From NCBI GenBank assembly GCA_002269645.1, contig NIVC01000694.1, positions 248,001 through 312,000 on the forward strand: DNA of 64,000 nt, given 5' to 3'. The DNA is from Macrostomum lignano (Eukaryota). A model generated the notes under the pieces. The model searched no databases. It was given only the letters and a program-made list of their open reading frames with translations, and was not told the DNA's origin. A program made the position numbers and the translations under genes. Every line of letters starts with the position of its first letter. The stretch's first letter is position 1. Below are positions 11,122-22,964 of this stretch, one piece after another.

Positions 11122-11262
11122 ATGATGGTGAGCGAGAAGCTGACCTTCATCGACGACTTCCTGACCATCTCGATGGTTTTTCTGTTCGGCTCGCTGGTGT
11201 TCCTGGTGCTGTTCTCCACCGCCTCCACGTTCGTCACCCGCTACACCAATCGGAGCGGCTGA
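11122..11262 (+). CDS. Small single-pass membrane protein candidate (46 aa; possibly the last exon of a longer gene)
   Basis: MMVSEKLTFIDDFLTISMVFLFGSLVFLVLFSTASTFVTRYTNRSG*. Strong GC3 codon bias like neighbouring real exons, one hydrophobic helix, no recognised family. Confidence 0.5.
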   Translation: MMVSEKLTFIDDFLTISMVFLFGSLVFLVLFSTASTFVTRYTNRSG

Positions 11263-11404
11263 TTTGAATGCTTGATTCGTCTCAACGATGACCCTAAATG
11301 TGGCATTCATCACAGTCATTTCCTCGTTTCCATTTGCCAGTTCTGAAACTTAGAGAATGCCTGTCGAATTAAAAAAGTACCTCCTGTTCCGAAGCTAGAG
11401 AGCG

Positions 11405-11640
11405 TGCCATTTCCGAATCCAAGGCGTGCCATTTCCGAAACCAAGGCGTGCCATTTCCGAATCCAAGGCGTGCCATTTCCGAATCCAATGCGTGCCATTT
11501 CGGAATCCAAGGCGTGCCATTCCCGAAACCAAGGCGTGCCATTTCCTAAACCTAAGAGTTCCAGCTCTGAAACCTAAGGGTTCCAGCTCCGAAACCTAAG
11601 GGTTCCAGCTCCGAAACCTAAGAGTTCCAGCTCCGAAACC
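11405..11640. repeat. Two adjacent ~22-bp minisatellites (CCAAGGCGTGCCATTTCCGAAT; CCTAAGGGTTCCAGCTCCGAAA)
   Basis: Tandem units read directly. Confidence 0.88.
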
Positions 11641-12005
11641 AGAGTGCGCCAGTTCTGCGAGTTTCCGAACCAATCACACAAGTTTTCCGTTCTCCTTATT
11701 TGCATTTATTTTTCTAATTGTGCTTTTTGAATTTAATAGAAATTGTTGGGCTGAACCGACTGCATTTTGTTAATTTATACGGATTAAAACTGATTACTGA
11801 TTAAATAGCCACCAGTTTTATGCATTTGTGCTATTAAACGTATTGAAAACATGGTCTTAACTTTGATTTCCATTGTTTATATCTGTTAGCCAAAGCGGTC
11901 AAGATTTGCCACACCATCTAAAGTCTTGAAACTGAACCCCAGTCTCAGAACCGCACAATGAGAAATCTGCAATTTATAGCAGGGAAGCGAAATTCTCCTT
12001 CAGCA

Positions 12006-12593
12006 ATGCAGCAGCAGCAGAGGGTGCCCAACACTGAGGTCTACCTGCAGGGCAGCGTGCTCAAACCATTCACTGAGTTCCTGCTCACCCGCCTGCGCGG
12101 CATCTGCGACTCGCCCGGGGACGAATTCCGGGACCAGGAGTCCGTGTTCACCTGCGCCGTCCCCGGCCTCAGCGGCACCCGCCTGCGCCTTCGCTGGAGT
12201 CTCCTGCACCCGCACCTGCCCGCCTACCTTCGTTACCTGGGCATCCCCGAGTCCGCTGACCACCGCGTCATGTCGCGGGCCGCCTACGAGGTGCCGGTGT
12301 TCCCCCTGGACGCGGCCCGGCAGCTGGTGGAGGCCATGGGCTTCCAACACGAGTTCGACTTCATCGCCGAGGGCACCGTGTTCCGCCGCGGCCTACTGAA
12401 GGTCACCGTCTACAGGGTGTACCGGCCAGGTGCGCCCGCCTCCTTGGCGCCCGAGTCCAGCCTGGTGGAGGTGTCCGGCCTTGGCCCGTCCTCACTGACG
12501 GCCGGCATGGTGGAGTCGGTGCTGTCCGTGCGGGACCAGCTAAAGTCGCTCGTGCTGCTGGCTAAGCACGACCAGAAAGCGCCAAAGGCGTAG
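12006..12593 (+). CDS. MED18: Mediator of RNA polymerase II transcription subunit 18 (single coding exon)
   Basis: E.YLQGSVL, L..RLRG.CD, LRYLG.PE, MGF...F.F.A.G..FR.G..K..VY and Q.LK.LV.L.K.D motifs match MED18. ATG at 12006 follows an acceptor-like ttctccttcag. Confidence 0.92.
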   Translation: MQQQQRVPNTEVYLQGSVLKPFTEFLLTRLRGICDSPGDEFRDQESVFTCAVPGLSGTRLRLRWSLLHPHLPAYLRYLGIPESADHRVMSRAAYEVPVFPLDAARQLVEAMGFQHEFDFIAEGTVFRRGLLKVTVYRVYRPGAPASLAPESSLVEVSGLGPSSLTAGMVESVLSVRDQLKSLVLLAKHDQKAPKA

Positions 12594-12660
12594 CGGCGCC
12601 GGCCTCCTTAATTCGGTGAACTGATCCGAGTATTTGTAGACATTTGGTGAATTTTTTGCC

Positions 12661-13985
12661 TATGGTCTATGGTTTCCAATTCAGACTGTAGATCGCGTCT
12701 TTGACAGGGAAGTTTATGTCTATGGTTTCCAATTCAGACTGTAGATCGCGTCTTTGACAGGGAAGTTGATGTCTATGGTTTCCAATTCAGACTGTAGATC
12801 GCGTCTTTGACAGGGAAGTTGATGTCTATGGTTTCCAATTCAGACTGTAGATCGCGTCTTTGACAGGGAAGTTGATGTCTATGGTTTCCAATTCAGACTG
12901 TAGATCGCGGCTTTGACATAAAAGTTGATGTCTATGGTTTCCAATTCAGACTGTAGATCGCGGCTTTGACAGGGAAGTTGATGTCTATGGTTTCCAATTC
13001 AGACTGTAGATCGCGGCTTTGACAGGGAAGTTGATGTCTATGGTTTCCAATTCAGACTGTAGATCGCGGCTTTGACAGGGAAGTTGATGTCCATGGTTTC
13101 CAATTCAGACTGTAGATCGCGGCTTTGACAGAGAAGTTGATGTCTATGGTTTCCAATTCAGACTGTAGATCGCGTCTTTGACAGGGAAGTTGATGTCTAT
13201 GGTTTCCAATTCAGACTGTAGATCGCGTCTTTGACAGGGAAGTTGATGTCTATGGTTTCCAATTCAGACTGTAGATCGCGGCTTTGACATAAAAGTTGAT
13301 GTCTATGGTTTCCAATTCAGACTGTAGATCGCGTCTTTGACAGGGAAGTTGATGTCTATGGTTTCCAATTCAGACTGTAGATCGCGGCTTTGACATAAAA
13401 GTTGATGTCTATGGTTTCCAATTCAGACTGTAGATCGCGGCTTTGACAGGGAAGTTGATGTCTATGGTTTCCAATTCAGACTGTAGATCGCGGCTTTGAC
13501 AGGGAAGTTGATGTCTATGGTTTCCAATTCAGACTGTAGATCGCGGCTTTGACAGGGAAGTTGATGTCTATGGTTTCCAATTCAGGCTGTAGATCGCGGC
13601 TTTGACAGAGAAGTTGATGTCTATGGTTTCCAATTCAGACTGTAGATCGCGGCTTTGACATAAAAGTTGATGTCTATGGTTTCCAATTCAGACTGTAGAT
13701 CGCGGCTTTGACAGGGAAGTTGATGTCTATGGTTTCCAATTCAGACTGTAGATCGCGGCTTTGACAGAGAAGTTGATGTCTATGGTTTCCAATTCAGACT
13801 GTAGATCGCGGCTTTGACAGTGAAGTTGATATCTATGGTTTCCAATTCAGGCTGTAGATCGCGGCTTTGGCAGAGAAGTTGATGTCTATGGTTTCCAATT
13901 CAGACTGTAGATCGCGGCTTTGACAGGGAAGTTGATGTCTATGGTTTCCAATTCAGACTGTAGATCGCGGCTTTGACGGAAGTTG
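12661..13985. repeat. 53-bp minisatellite (GTCTATGGTTTCCAATTCAGACTGTAGATCGCGGCTTTGACAGGGAAGTTGAT), ~25 copies
   Basis: Tandem units read directly. Confidence 0.97.
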
Positions 13986-14484
13986 ACAGGGAATGCATTA
14001 TTTTATTCAAGAGTTAAAGTCTTTAGAATTTTTACCACGAGGCCGCTTTGTTAGATGCCATTAAAACTGTCTGTTAGTATCCTGTTTGTACAAAAGGTGC
14101 TTATTAAAATTAAAAAACCCTTGTTTGACCAGCCAATCCTCTAGCAATCTCTGAGCATTTACTGTTACAATCGCTTTATACCTATGAATAACAAGCAGTG
14201 CAGCACTCAGCTGTTTAGCATAGCATACAGTTACATGCCAGCAAGATTTTCAGCTGTTGTATTGTTTCCTTTATTTGTTGAATAGGTTTGGCGGCACCTG
14301 CGCTTCTAGCAGTGCCTTTGTGATTCCCTTTCCAGTCGTGCTTGGGCTTTTGGCGACTCAAGCGCTATGGAGTTTTGTTTGAGGAGTTGATTAGTAAAGT
14401 TTTTGTGAGAAATGTAAAAAATCAAGTGCATCATAGTAGTTCCAGCGCGTCCGGAGTGACAACAAACTGGCAGAGTGGGATAGC

Positions 14485-14945
14485 CCAAAAACCCCTAGAA
14501 TGGCCCAAAAACCACCCGTAGAATCGCCCAAAAAACCCTAGAATCGCCCAAAAACCACCCCTAGAATCGCCCAAAAACCCCTAGAATCGCTCATAAACCA
14601 CTCCTAGAATCGCCCACAAACCACCCCTAGAATCGCCCACAAACCACTCCTAGAATCGCCCACAAACCACCCCTAGAATCGCCCACAAACCACTCCTAGA
14701 ATCGCCCACAAACCACCCCTAGAATCGCCCACAAACCACCCCTAGAATCGCCCACAAACCACCCCTAGAATCGCCCACAAACCACCCCTAGAATCGCCCA
14801 CAAACCACTCCTAGAATCGCCCACAAACCACCCCTAGAATCGCCCACAAACCACTCCTAGAATCGCCCACAAACCACCCCTAGAATCGCCCACAAACTGC
14901 CCCTAGAATCGCCCACAAACCACCCCTAGAATCGCCCATAAACCG
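14485..14945. repeat. 23-bp minisatellite (CCACCCCTAGAATCGCCCACAAA), ~20 copies
   Basis: Tandem units read directly. Confidence 0.95.
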
Positions 14946-15108
14946 CTGCAAAATTAAATGTGCGACTTAATACTCGAAGTAAATTTTAAGCTTAAAAGCT
15001 AGGATCGAGTCTAGTTGACCTGTTTGAGTTCGAATCGAGTACCCCCGGTTCTTTCGCCTCTAAAGTTGAGCAGACTGCATAATTCTTCTAACATTCATTG
15101 CAGCCAAC

Positions 15109-18100
15109 ATGAGCGGCAGCGCCCGCAAGTTGAAGTCGAAGGACTTGCGCCGCATTGAGGACATGCGCGAGCAGCTGCAGTGCATGCTGGAGGACCTGCA
15201 GAGCAGCTACGACAGCGCCACACGACAGGTCAACCAGTGCGTGGCGCAGACTGTAGCTCGGGAGGCCAGCGTCGACTTCGCCAGCTCCAGTCGCGTTATT
15301 GAATTCGTGACTGAGCTCTCCAAGCTGCAGCTCACCCTGGAGGATCTGTACGACAGCGTCACTAGCGACAGCTCAGTCGATAACGGGACGGATGAAGCGG
15401 TGAGCGCTGCTGCGGCTGAAGCCAAAACAGATACTCAAGCTGAAGCGAGGACTGCCGCTCAGGCTAAGAAAAAGGCTGAAGTTGAAGCCAAAGAGGCTGT
15501 CGTTAAAGCTGAAGCAAGGCAAAAGGCTGAAGCTGAAGCAAAGAAAAAGGCTGAAGCTGAAGCAAAGAAAAAGGCTGAAGCTGAAGCAAGGCAAAAGGCT
15601 GAAGCTGAAGCAAAGCAAAAGGCTGAAGCTGAAGCAAAGAAAAAGGCTGAAGCTGAAGCAAGGCAAAAGGCTGAAGCTGAAGCAAAGCAAAAGGCTGAAG
15701 CTGAAGCAAAGAAAAAGGCTGAAGCTGAAGCAAAGCAAAAGGCTGAAGCTGAAGCAAAGCAAAAGGCTGAAGCTGAAGCAAAGCAAAAGGCTGAAGCTGA
15801 AGCGAGACAAAGGGCTGAAGCTGAAGCAAAGCAAAGGGCTGAAGCAAAAAAGGCTGTCGCTAAGTCGAAGGAAAGAGTCGAAGCTGCAGCGAAGAGTCCT
15901 GCCGCTCTGACGAGGGGCCGCTCTGGCGAAGGCTTCAATCTGAAGCACGAAAGCCTGTTGCTGAAGCCGAAACGAAGAAGCCTGCTGCGCAGGCAAAGGA
16001 AACTGAAGTTAAGAGAGCCGCCCGGGAGTTCTACTTGGGTCCGGACTATTGCCCCCGAGTCCGCGAGTTCGAGGCCGTGCCACACAGCCGCAGGTCGCTA
16101 GTAGTCCAGTTTCTGTTCAGTCCCATTTGCCTGTCGCTGACCAACAAGCGATCCTCTGAGCTGGAGGACCGGCTGACAGTTTTCTACCACAAAGCGCAGG
16201 GCGCGCTGTACAGATTCTCGAGCCTGCCGCAGCCCGGGACCACAGTCGCCTGCCCCTTCCCCTGCATTGCCGGCAGCGTCATGTACCGCGCCAGGGTGCT
16301 GTCAGCCAATCCCGAGAAGCAGACACTGCAGGTCTTCTTCATTGACTACGGCAATCTGGACTGGTGCAAGCTGAGCCTGGCGCGCCGGCTGGACCCCCGA
16401 TTTGCCGACCTGCCCGCCCAGTGCGCGGTCTGCCTGCTGTCCGGCCTGCTGCCGCCCAACAGCCGAATCGAAAGCTTCGAGGAGTGGGACTTCGTACCGC
16501 AGGATACCGCGGACGCCAAGAAGGCAGCGGAGGAGTGCATTGGCGATGCCATCGAGGCCGTGTTCGAGGGCCCGCTGGAGGGCAGCCGGGTGCAGCTGAT
16601 CAGCCCAGCCGATTCGCTGCGCGCCTTCCTAATCGAGAAGTGCAAGGCGCAGCCCACCACCGAGCAGCTGAGCCGCGAGTTCTTCAGCGCAATTCTGCCG
16701 AACTATTTGAGGCTGGACGGGCCCGGCGCCGAGTGAGTTACCGATTGATGATGCTGTGCTTTGCTCAGTTTTATGGTAGAGTACCGTGCCTGTAATTAGC
16801 AGACTTCTCTTCAATTCTCAAAACCTTTGCCTACCAACCCGCAGGTCGCCGCCAAGCCCGGCGCCGCAGCAGTCGCTCGAGCTTCCCAAGCCCCAGCAGC
16901 TGCGCCCGGCCGCATTCGGCGATGACTCGGACTCGGAGGAAATCGAGGACACCCAGGACGGGGAGGCCGACCCGCTGGAGCCGCCCTTCAGCATCGAGCT
17001 GGTCATGCCGGAGCCCCGGGTCCCCATTCAGCCCGGCTTGCCGGCGCTGCGCTCTCTGCCTCCCATGCTGCTGGATCTGCTGCCTGGCAGTGAGCCCGTT
17101 GAGTTCTTCATCACTGAGGCCGACGGCCCCGCCAGCTTCAGCGCCTTCAGGGCCGTGCAAGAGGTCGGCCAGCTGTACGACTGGCAGCAGGCGGAGCTGC
17201 AGAACTGGTACTCCAAGCACGATGGCGGCATGCTTCTGCGCTTCCTGTCCTGCGCGGCCGGCCCCGTTAGCGTTGGTGCGGACGACGGCGAAGGCGAGGA
17301 CGGCGACGATGCCGAACAACTCGAGAACGGCAATGGCGAGGTCCACGTCAATGGCGACGCTGCGGGAGAGAAAATATTTTGCGCCCGCCTGCCCGACGGC
17401 GGCTACGAGCGTGTGGTGCCGCTGTCCCTCGACTTCGACCAGGTCGCCAACGCCAAAGCGCCGGTTCGCGTCCTCGCCTTCGACCGCGGCGAGACTTTCC
17501 AGCTGCCGTCTGACAGCCTCCTGCCGCTCATCCGCGACTTCTACCGCCTGCCGCCGCTCACCAGCCGCTTCACCTACGCTGGCTACTGCCCGGCGCCCGA
17601 GCAGTTCATGCCGGCGCTCCGGCGTCTCTGCGGCCTCGTTGATGGCGACGAATCGCTGCTGCGCGTGCGGCTGCAGCTTTTCACTTCCGGTTCAGCTGGC
17701 GGCCAGGTGAGCATTGCGGGTTAGCAATAACTGCAGGAGGGTTGTTAGCACCCTGGCGCAATGCCTTTGGCGACACCCACGTCCTACAACCAGCGCTAAG
17801 GCAACCCTGTCCATTTCGCTGAATCCTGAGCACATACAAGTGCGCAGATACTGTACCCAGGCGCGCTCACACAGGGTGTACATCAGCAGATGCTGTACCC
17901 AGGCACGCTCACACAGGGTGTACATCAGCTTTGACTTTCTAAATCATCAGCAGACATGTACACTCCCTGCGCCTTAGGGTTTTGTGCACAAGCCGCAAAT
18001 GAATAGGGCCGCGCAAGGGGTCGAACCCGGGGTCGTGGCGTGAGTTTTTCAGACTCATTTGCCGCTGAGCTGCCTTGGAGGCGGGGGGGCTCTCATAGCC

Positions 18101-19177
18101 GTGAATGGCACTACAAGACTCAGTCTGATTTCTTTGCTCCAGGTTGACGAGCTGTATGAGCCGATCTCCGTCAGAATCTCCTCCGTTGATGGCCGCAGCC
18201 TGTCCGAGCTGCTGGGTGCCCCCGAGCCCGCCGCCAACGGTCACGCCGACTTGCCCATGGATGACGCCGCCGACGACTGCCGCGAGCGGGAGCTGGACGC
18301 CTACCTGGCCGAGACGGAGGCCCGCCTGCGCCGCCCGCTGCCTCCACCGGCCCAGGTGTGCGAGTTCTTCCGCCGCCGCGGCAGCTGTTACTATGGCGAC
18401 CAGTGCCGCAACGCGCACATCCGAGTTGACGACGCCAACCCGGAGGAGGAGCGGGCCGCGCTTGAGCTGCTGAGGTCGGACGCGAAGTCCGACGACGCCG
18501 TGCCGGTCGAATTTCCGCCGCAGCCGTCGCTGCTTTCCGATGACGAGGAGGAAATCTGCGTGATTGTCGTCGTGACCAACGCCCTGTCCGGCGGAGTCGT
18601 GAGCGCCCAGCTGCATGGAGACGATGAGGAGCTGAGCACCATTCACCGCGCCTTGGCCAGCCACTGCGACCTGGCGCCTGGCGGCCCTGACAACCGCTTT
18701 TTCCGCTGCATCGACCAGTGCGTCGGCGCCTTCTACGAGGGCAGCTGGCGGCGCGCCACGGTTCAGCCGAGCGGCATCTGCCTCAGCGGCGGCGAGCTGA
18801 TCGGCGCCGACCTCATCGACGTGTACCTGGTGGACCTGGGCTTCTCGGCCGAGGTGCCGGTCTGGCAAACCCGGCCGCTGCCCGTCCACCTGGCCCAGCC
18901 GACTCCGCGCGGCTACCAGCTCCGCATAGCCGGCGGCCTCGCCAACTGCAGTGTCGAAGCTTTTCGCCACCTGATGAACAGCAGCGCCGTCTGGTACGCC
19001 ACCATCTTCGGCTGCGCGCCCGACGACGAGAGGCTGTACGACGCCCAGCTCTGCCGCTATCCGGACGGCGCCTCTCTGGAGCGCCTGATTGCCGACGCGC
19101 AGCCGTCCGACTCTGGCCGACCGTCTGGGCGCGGCAATGCGGAGGAGAAAATGCGCATCGTGCTGGTGCCGGGCTGA
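15109..19177 (+). CDS. Multi-Tudor protein: N-terminal coiled coil + KAEAEA(K/R) repeat, extended Tudor, degenerate Tudor, CCCH zinc finger, Tudor (exons 15109-16732 with one frameshift near 15900-15940, 16845-17706, 18143-19177)
   Basis: Tudor signature YRARV...[10 protein letters not shown]...LDPRFADLP. Second Tudor-like block [12 protein letters not shown]...[13 protein letters not shown] finger [20 protein letters not shown]. Third Tudor [11 protein letters not shown]...[16 protein letters not shown] introns at 16733-16844 and 17707-18142 join the frames correctly. Confidence 0.8.
15520..15850 (+). repeat. 24-bp coding repeat encoding KAEAEA(K/R)(K/Q), ~13 copies
   Basis: Tandem AAGGCTGAAGCTGAAGCAA(A/G)GC/AA units in frame in the 15109 ORF. 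Confidence 0.93.
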
Positions 19178-19704
19178 CTCTGCTGGTGTTTGCGGCAATC
19201 GGTTGCGGCTGTCCGGTTCAGTTACTGCAGTTATTTTTAGTTCACTTTTTATCCCGTTGCCTTATGTCTAATACAGCCATTCTGCTGGCCCTGTTGTGGA
19301 GTCTGCGGCCCTGAAGGATTCCAAGCCCAGGATCAGCTGACCCGCGCTAAAGTCGTTTAAAGCACCTGATGGTCGCTCCTGGTCTTTTTCTCGTCAAAAT
19401 CTCCATATGATTTGAGTTGCGTTATTCAAAATTGGCCAAATAGTTGCGGCTGAAGTGTTCCTTGCTGCATTTTCAGAGCGCTTCGCTCTCGCCCTCCCAG
19501 CTGCATTTTCTTATAGCCCCGAGGCTTGTTCGGCTAGTTTTTATCTAAAGTATAATAAATATATCTGCATGCGCCTGACAATTTTCGGCTGTGTCTTTGC
19601 TGCTCATTTATACTACTCTTATGAGTATTATGTTCAGTAGTGGCTCTTAACCTGTATGCTAGTGGACTTAAAGGGTCTACTGTGTCCTCCTTCGATGTCT
19701 GCTA

Positions 19705-20345
19705 TGGGCTGTCAGTGTCTGGCATAGTGCAGGCTGAGCTGTCAGTGTCTGGCATAGTGCAGTCTGAGCTGTCAGTGTCTGGCATAGTGCAGTCTGAGCT
19801 GTCAGTGTCTGGCATAGTGCAGTCTGAGCTGTCAGTGTCTGGCATAGTGCAGTCTGAGCTGTCAGTGTCTGGCATAGTGCAGTCTGAGCTGTCAGTGTCT
19901 GGCATAGTGCAGTCTGAGCAGTCAGTGTCTGGCATAGTGCAGTCTGAGCTGTCAGTGTCTGGCATAGTGCAGTCTGAGCAGTCAGTGTCTGGCATAGTGC
20001 AGTCTGAGCTGTCAGTGTCTGGCATAGTGCAGGCTGAGCAGTCAGTGTCTGGCATAGTGCAGTCTGAGCTGTCAGTGTCTGGCATAGTGCAGTCTGAGCA
20101 GTCAGTGTCTGGCATAGTGCAGTCTGAGCTGTCAGTGTCTGGCATAGTGCAGTCTGAGCTGTCAGTGTCTGGCATAGTGCAGTCTGAGCTGTCAGTGTCT
20201 GGCATAGTGCAGTCTGAGCAGTCAGTGTCTGGCATAGTGCAGTCTGAGCTGTCAGTGTCTGGCATAGTGCAGGCTGAGCTGTCAGTGTCTGGCATAGTGC
20301 AGTCTGAGCTGTCGGTGTCTGGCATAGTGCAGTCTGAGCTGTCAG
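19705..20345. repeat. 30-bp minisatellite (GTCAGTGTCTGGCATAGTGCAGTCTGAGCT), ~21 copies, upstream of DDRGK1
   Basis: Tandem units read directly; they explain the spurious ORFs on both strands. Confidence 0.96.
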
Positions 20346-20409
20346 TGCATACCTGCTCATATCAGACTCGGGTTACTCAAAACCCACCCGTCAATCCCGC
20401 AGCCCCGCC

Positions 20410-22295
20410 ATGGGTCTGGAATACGTGAACACCTTCCTGACCGGCATGTTCTTCGTGTCCCTGGCCACGGCCGCCTTCCTGCTTCTGCGCAAGCGTCTCC
20501 GCCGCGGTGATGATGACGACGTCGCGACGGGCGGCGGTGTTGGCGGTCGGCGGCAGCCGCGGCCCCGGCCAGCGGCCGACGGCCAGCAGGTCAGGCGCCG
20601 TCAGGTGCCCGGGCGCCGCTCCGCTGCTGACCGCATGCGCCAGGGCGCCGCCGCCGAGCCCGCGCCTGCCGCACCAGCCGAGGCCAGGGCTGCGGCCGCC
20701 GCCGGCACCGACTCGGACTCCGACAGCGATGCGGCCAAGGCTCAGAGCGGTGAGCCAGCGCTGCTGTTGATAACCTGATTGCCTGTTCCTGACACACTTG
20801 ACACCCTGATTGCCTGTTCCTGACACACTTGACACCCTGATAAGCTGTTCCTGACACCTGACATGACTGACTTTTCCCGACATCCCTGACATCATGACTG
20901 ACTGTTCCTGACACCTGACATCATGACTGGCTGTTCCTGACACCTGACATCATGACTGACTGTTCCTGACACACTTGACACCCTGATTGCCTGTTCCTGA
21001 CACACTTGACACCCTGATTGCCTGTTCCTGACACACTTGACACCCTTATTGCCTATTCCTGACACACTTGACACCCTTATTGCCTATTCCTGACACACTT
21101 GACACCCTGATAAGCTGTTCCTGACACCTGACATGACTGACTTTTCCCGACATCCCTGACATCATGACTGACTGTTCCTGACATCTGACATCATGGCTGA
21201 CTGTTCCTGACACTTGACATCATGACTGACTGTTCCTGACACTTGACATCATGACTGGCTGTTCCTGACATCTGACATCATGACTGACTGTTCCTGACAC
21301 TTGACATCATGACTGACTGTTCCTGACACTTGACATCATGACTGGCTGTTCCTGACACCTGACATCATGACTGACTGTTCCTGACATCTGACATCATGAC
21401 TGACTGTTCCTGACACCTGACATCATGACTGGCTGTTCCTGACACCTGACATCATGACTGACTGTTTCTGACGCACTTTTGGCATCCTGATTGACTGGCA
21501 ATTTCGAGCATGGCGCAGCTCACCCTCAGTTTTACCGCTCCAACCCACCGCCCGTGCCCACAGGCAAGAAGGTGGGCGTGAAGAAGCAGCGCAAGCTGGA
21601 CGAAAAGGAGGCTCGCCGGGAGGAGCGCGAGCGCGAGCAGAAGGAGCGCCTGGAGCGGCGCCAACGCGAGGACGAGGAGCGCCAGAAACGGCAGGCAGAC
21701 GAAGCCGCCGAGGAGGCGGACGCCGAGGCTCGCGAGGCCGCCGAGCGCGAGGAGGCACGTCGCAGAGAGGAGGAGGAATACGCCAGACTGCGGTAGGCTG
21801 GGACTGACTGACTGGCTGACTGACTGACTGACTGACTGACTGACTGACTGACTGACTGACTGACTGACTGACTGACTGACTGACTGACTGACTGACTGAC
21901 TGACTGACTGACTGACTGACTGACTGACTGACAACCTGACCGCTGCCCGCAGGTCGGAGTTCACGGTGGAGGAGGAGGGCGCCGAGGCGGACGGAGACGA
22001 GACCGGGCGGTCCCTGGCGGAGTTCGTGGCGCTGATCGAGCAGCGCAAGTCGGTGCAGCTGGAGGAGCTCGCTGACGAATTCGGCCTGCGTGCCGACGAC
22101 TGCGCACAGCGGCTGCGCGACCTGCTGGAGTCCGGGCGGCTCACCGGCGTGCTGGACGACCGCGGCAAGTTTGTGCACATCACCCGCGCGGAGTACGAGG
22201 CCGTGGCCGCCTTCATCAGGCAGCGGGGCAAAGTCAGTCTGCAGGAACTGGTGGAGAACTCCAACCGCCTGGTGCAGCTGGGCGAGGCCGCCTGA
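20410..22295 (+). CDS. DDRGK1: DDRGK domain-containing protein 1 (UFBP1), ufmylation adaptor (exons 20410-20749, 21564-21792, 21953-22295)
   Basis: N-terminal signal anchor, K.G.KK.RKL.EK..R coiled coil, EEEY.RL..EF.VEEEG, and GVLDDRGKF..I...E..AVA.FIRQRG.VS..EL. Phases 1 and 2 are consistent at GTGAG/GTAGG..CAG junctions. Confidence 0.96.
20775..21475. repeat. Compound 29-31-bp minisatellite in DDRGK1 intron 1 (TTCCTGACACACTTGACACCCTGATTGCCTG / CATCATGACTGACTGTTCCTGACACCTGA)
   Basis: Tandem units read directly. Confidence 0.9.
21800..21931. repeat. (TGAC)n microsatellite filling DDRGK1 intron 2
   Basis: About 32 tetramers between the GTAGG donor (21793) and the CAG acceptor (21952). Confidence 0.96.
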
Positions 22296-22964
22296 TGATG
22301 CGGCTCGGCTGCTCACTTTTCGGGATCGGAGCACCTGCTGTCCAGAAGAAGCAGATTTGAGTTTTGGATGGAGTCCGCATTGCAATTTCTGCCTCAGACA
22401 TTGCAATTGCAATCAGACCGCGCTCATGCAGGTGCGCTGGGCTTGGGTAAAAACTTTCTTGATGCTTTCCAGAATGCAGGTTTATTGAGATCAGTTTTTA
22501 ACTGGATGACCGCTGTGATTCAATTGCGTACTGTGCTGTGTAATCCGTATGTTTAATGCTACCCGTTATGGCTCCTCAGTCGTTGCTGGCGAGCGGTTCT
22601 GCCAGCTCCCCGCTGCCGCCCTCCGCCTGTTGTGTTCCGCGTTGCTTCATCCTCAGCCACGAACTTTGCTTTGTTTGCAATGCTTTCAATGCGTTTTTGC
22701 CAGGACTGCGCGAGCCCGGGTTCAATTATATAAGTGTGCGTTGTGGCGTGTGGGCTGCCTACAAATCATGTTTAACTGGAGAATTTATTGCTAATTGACA
22801 AATTATTGTGAGTTTTGTCACCATTCATTTTTGCTGTTACTTGACAGGCAGACACTGGGACAGCCAGACACCAGGACACCAAGAGAGGCAGACAGACAGA
22901 CACTACTCGTAGGACACTAAGACAAGCACACAGACACTAGGGCACTAAGCTGGAGAGACACTAT

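Noticed and set aside
5206-13985. Regularly spaced 42-bp and 53-bp repeats resembling CRISPR arrays
   Set aside because: Units are contiguous with no unique spacers, no cas genes are present, and the context is eukaryotic introns.
15520-15850. KAEAEA repeat resembling bacterial TolA (possible horizontal transfer)
   Set aside because: Low-complexity convergence; it is embedded in an intron-containing eukaryotic Tudor gene.
19640-20428. ORFs of 207-262 aa over the 30-bp array (and similar ORFs over the arrays at 32140, 40500, 57260, 58404)
   Set aside because: Translations of tandem repeats whose unit lacks stops in that frame; they lie in introns or spacers.
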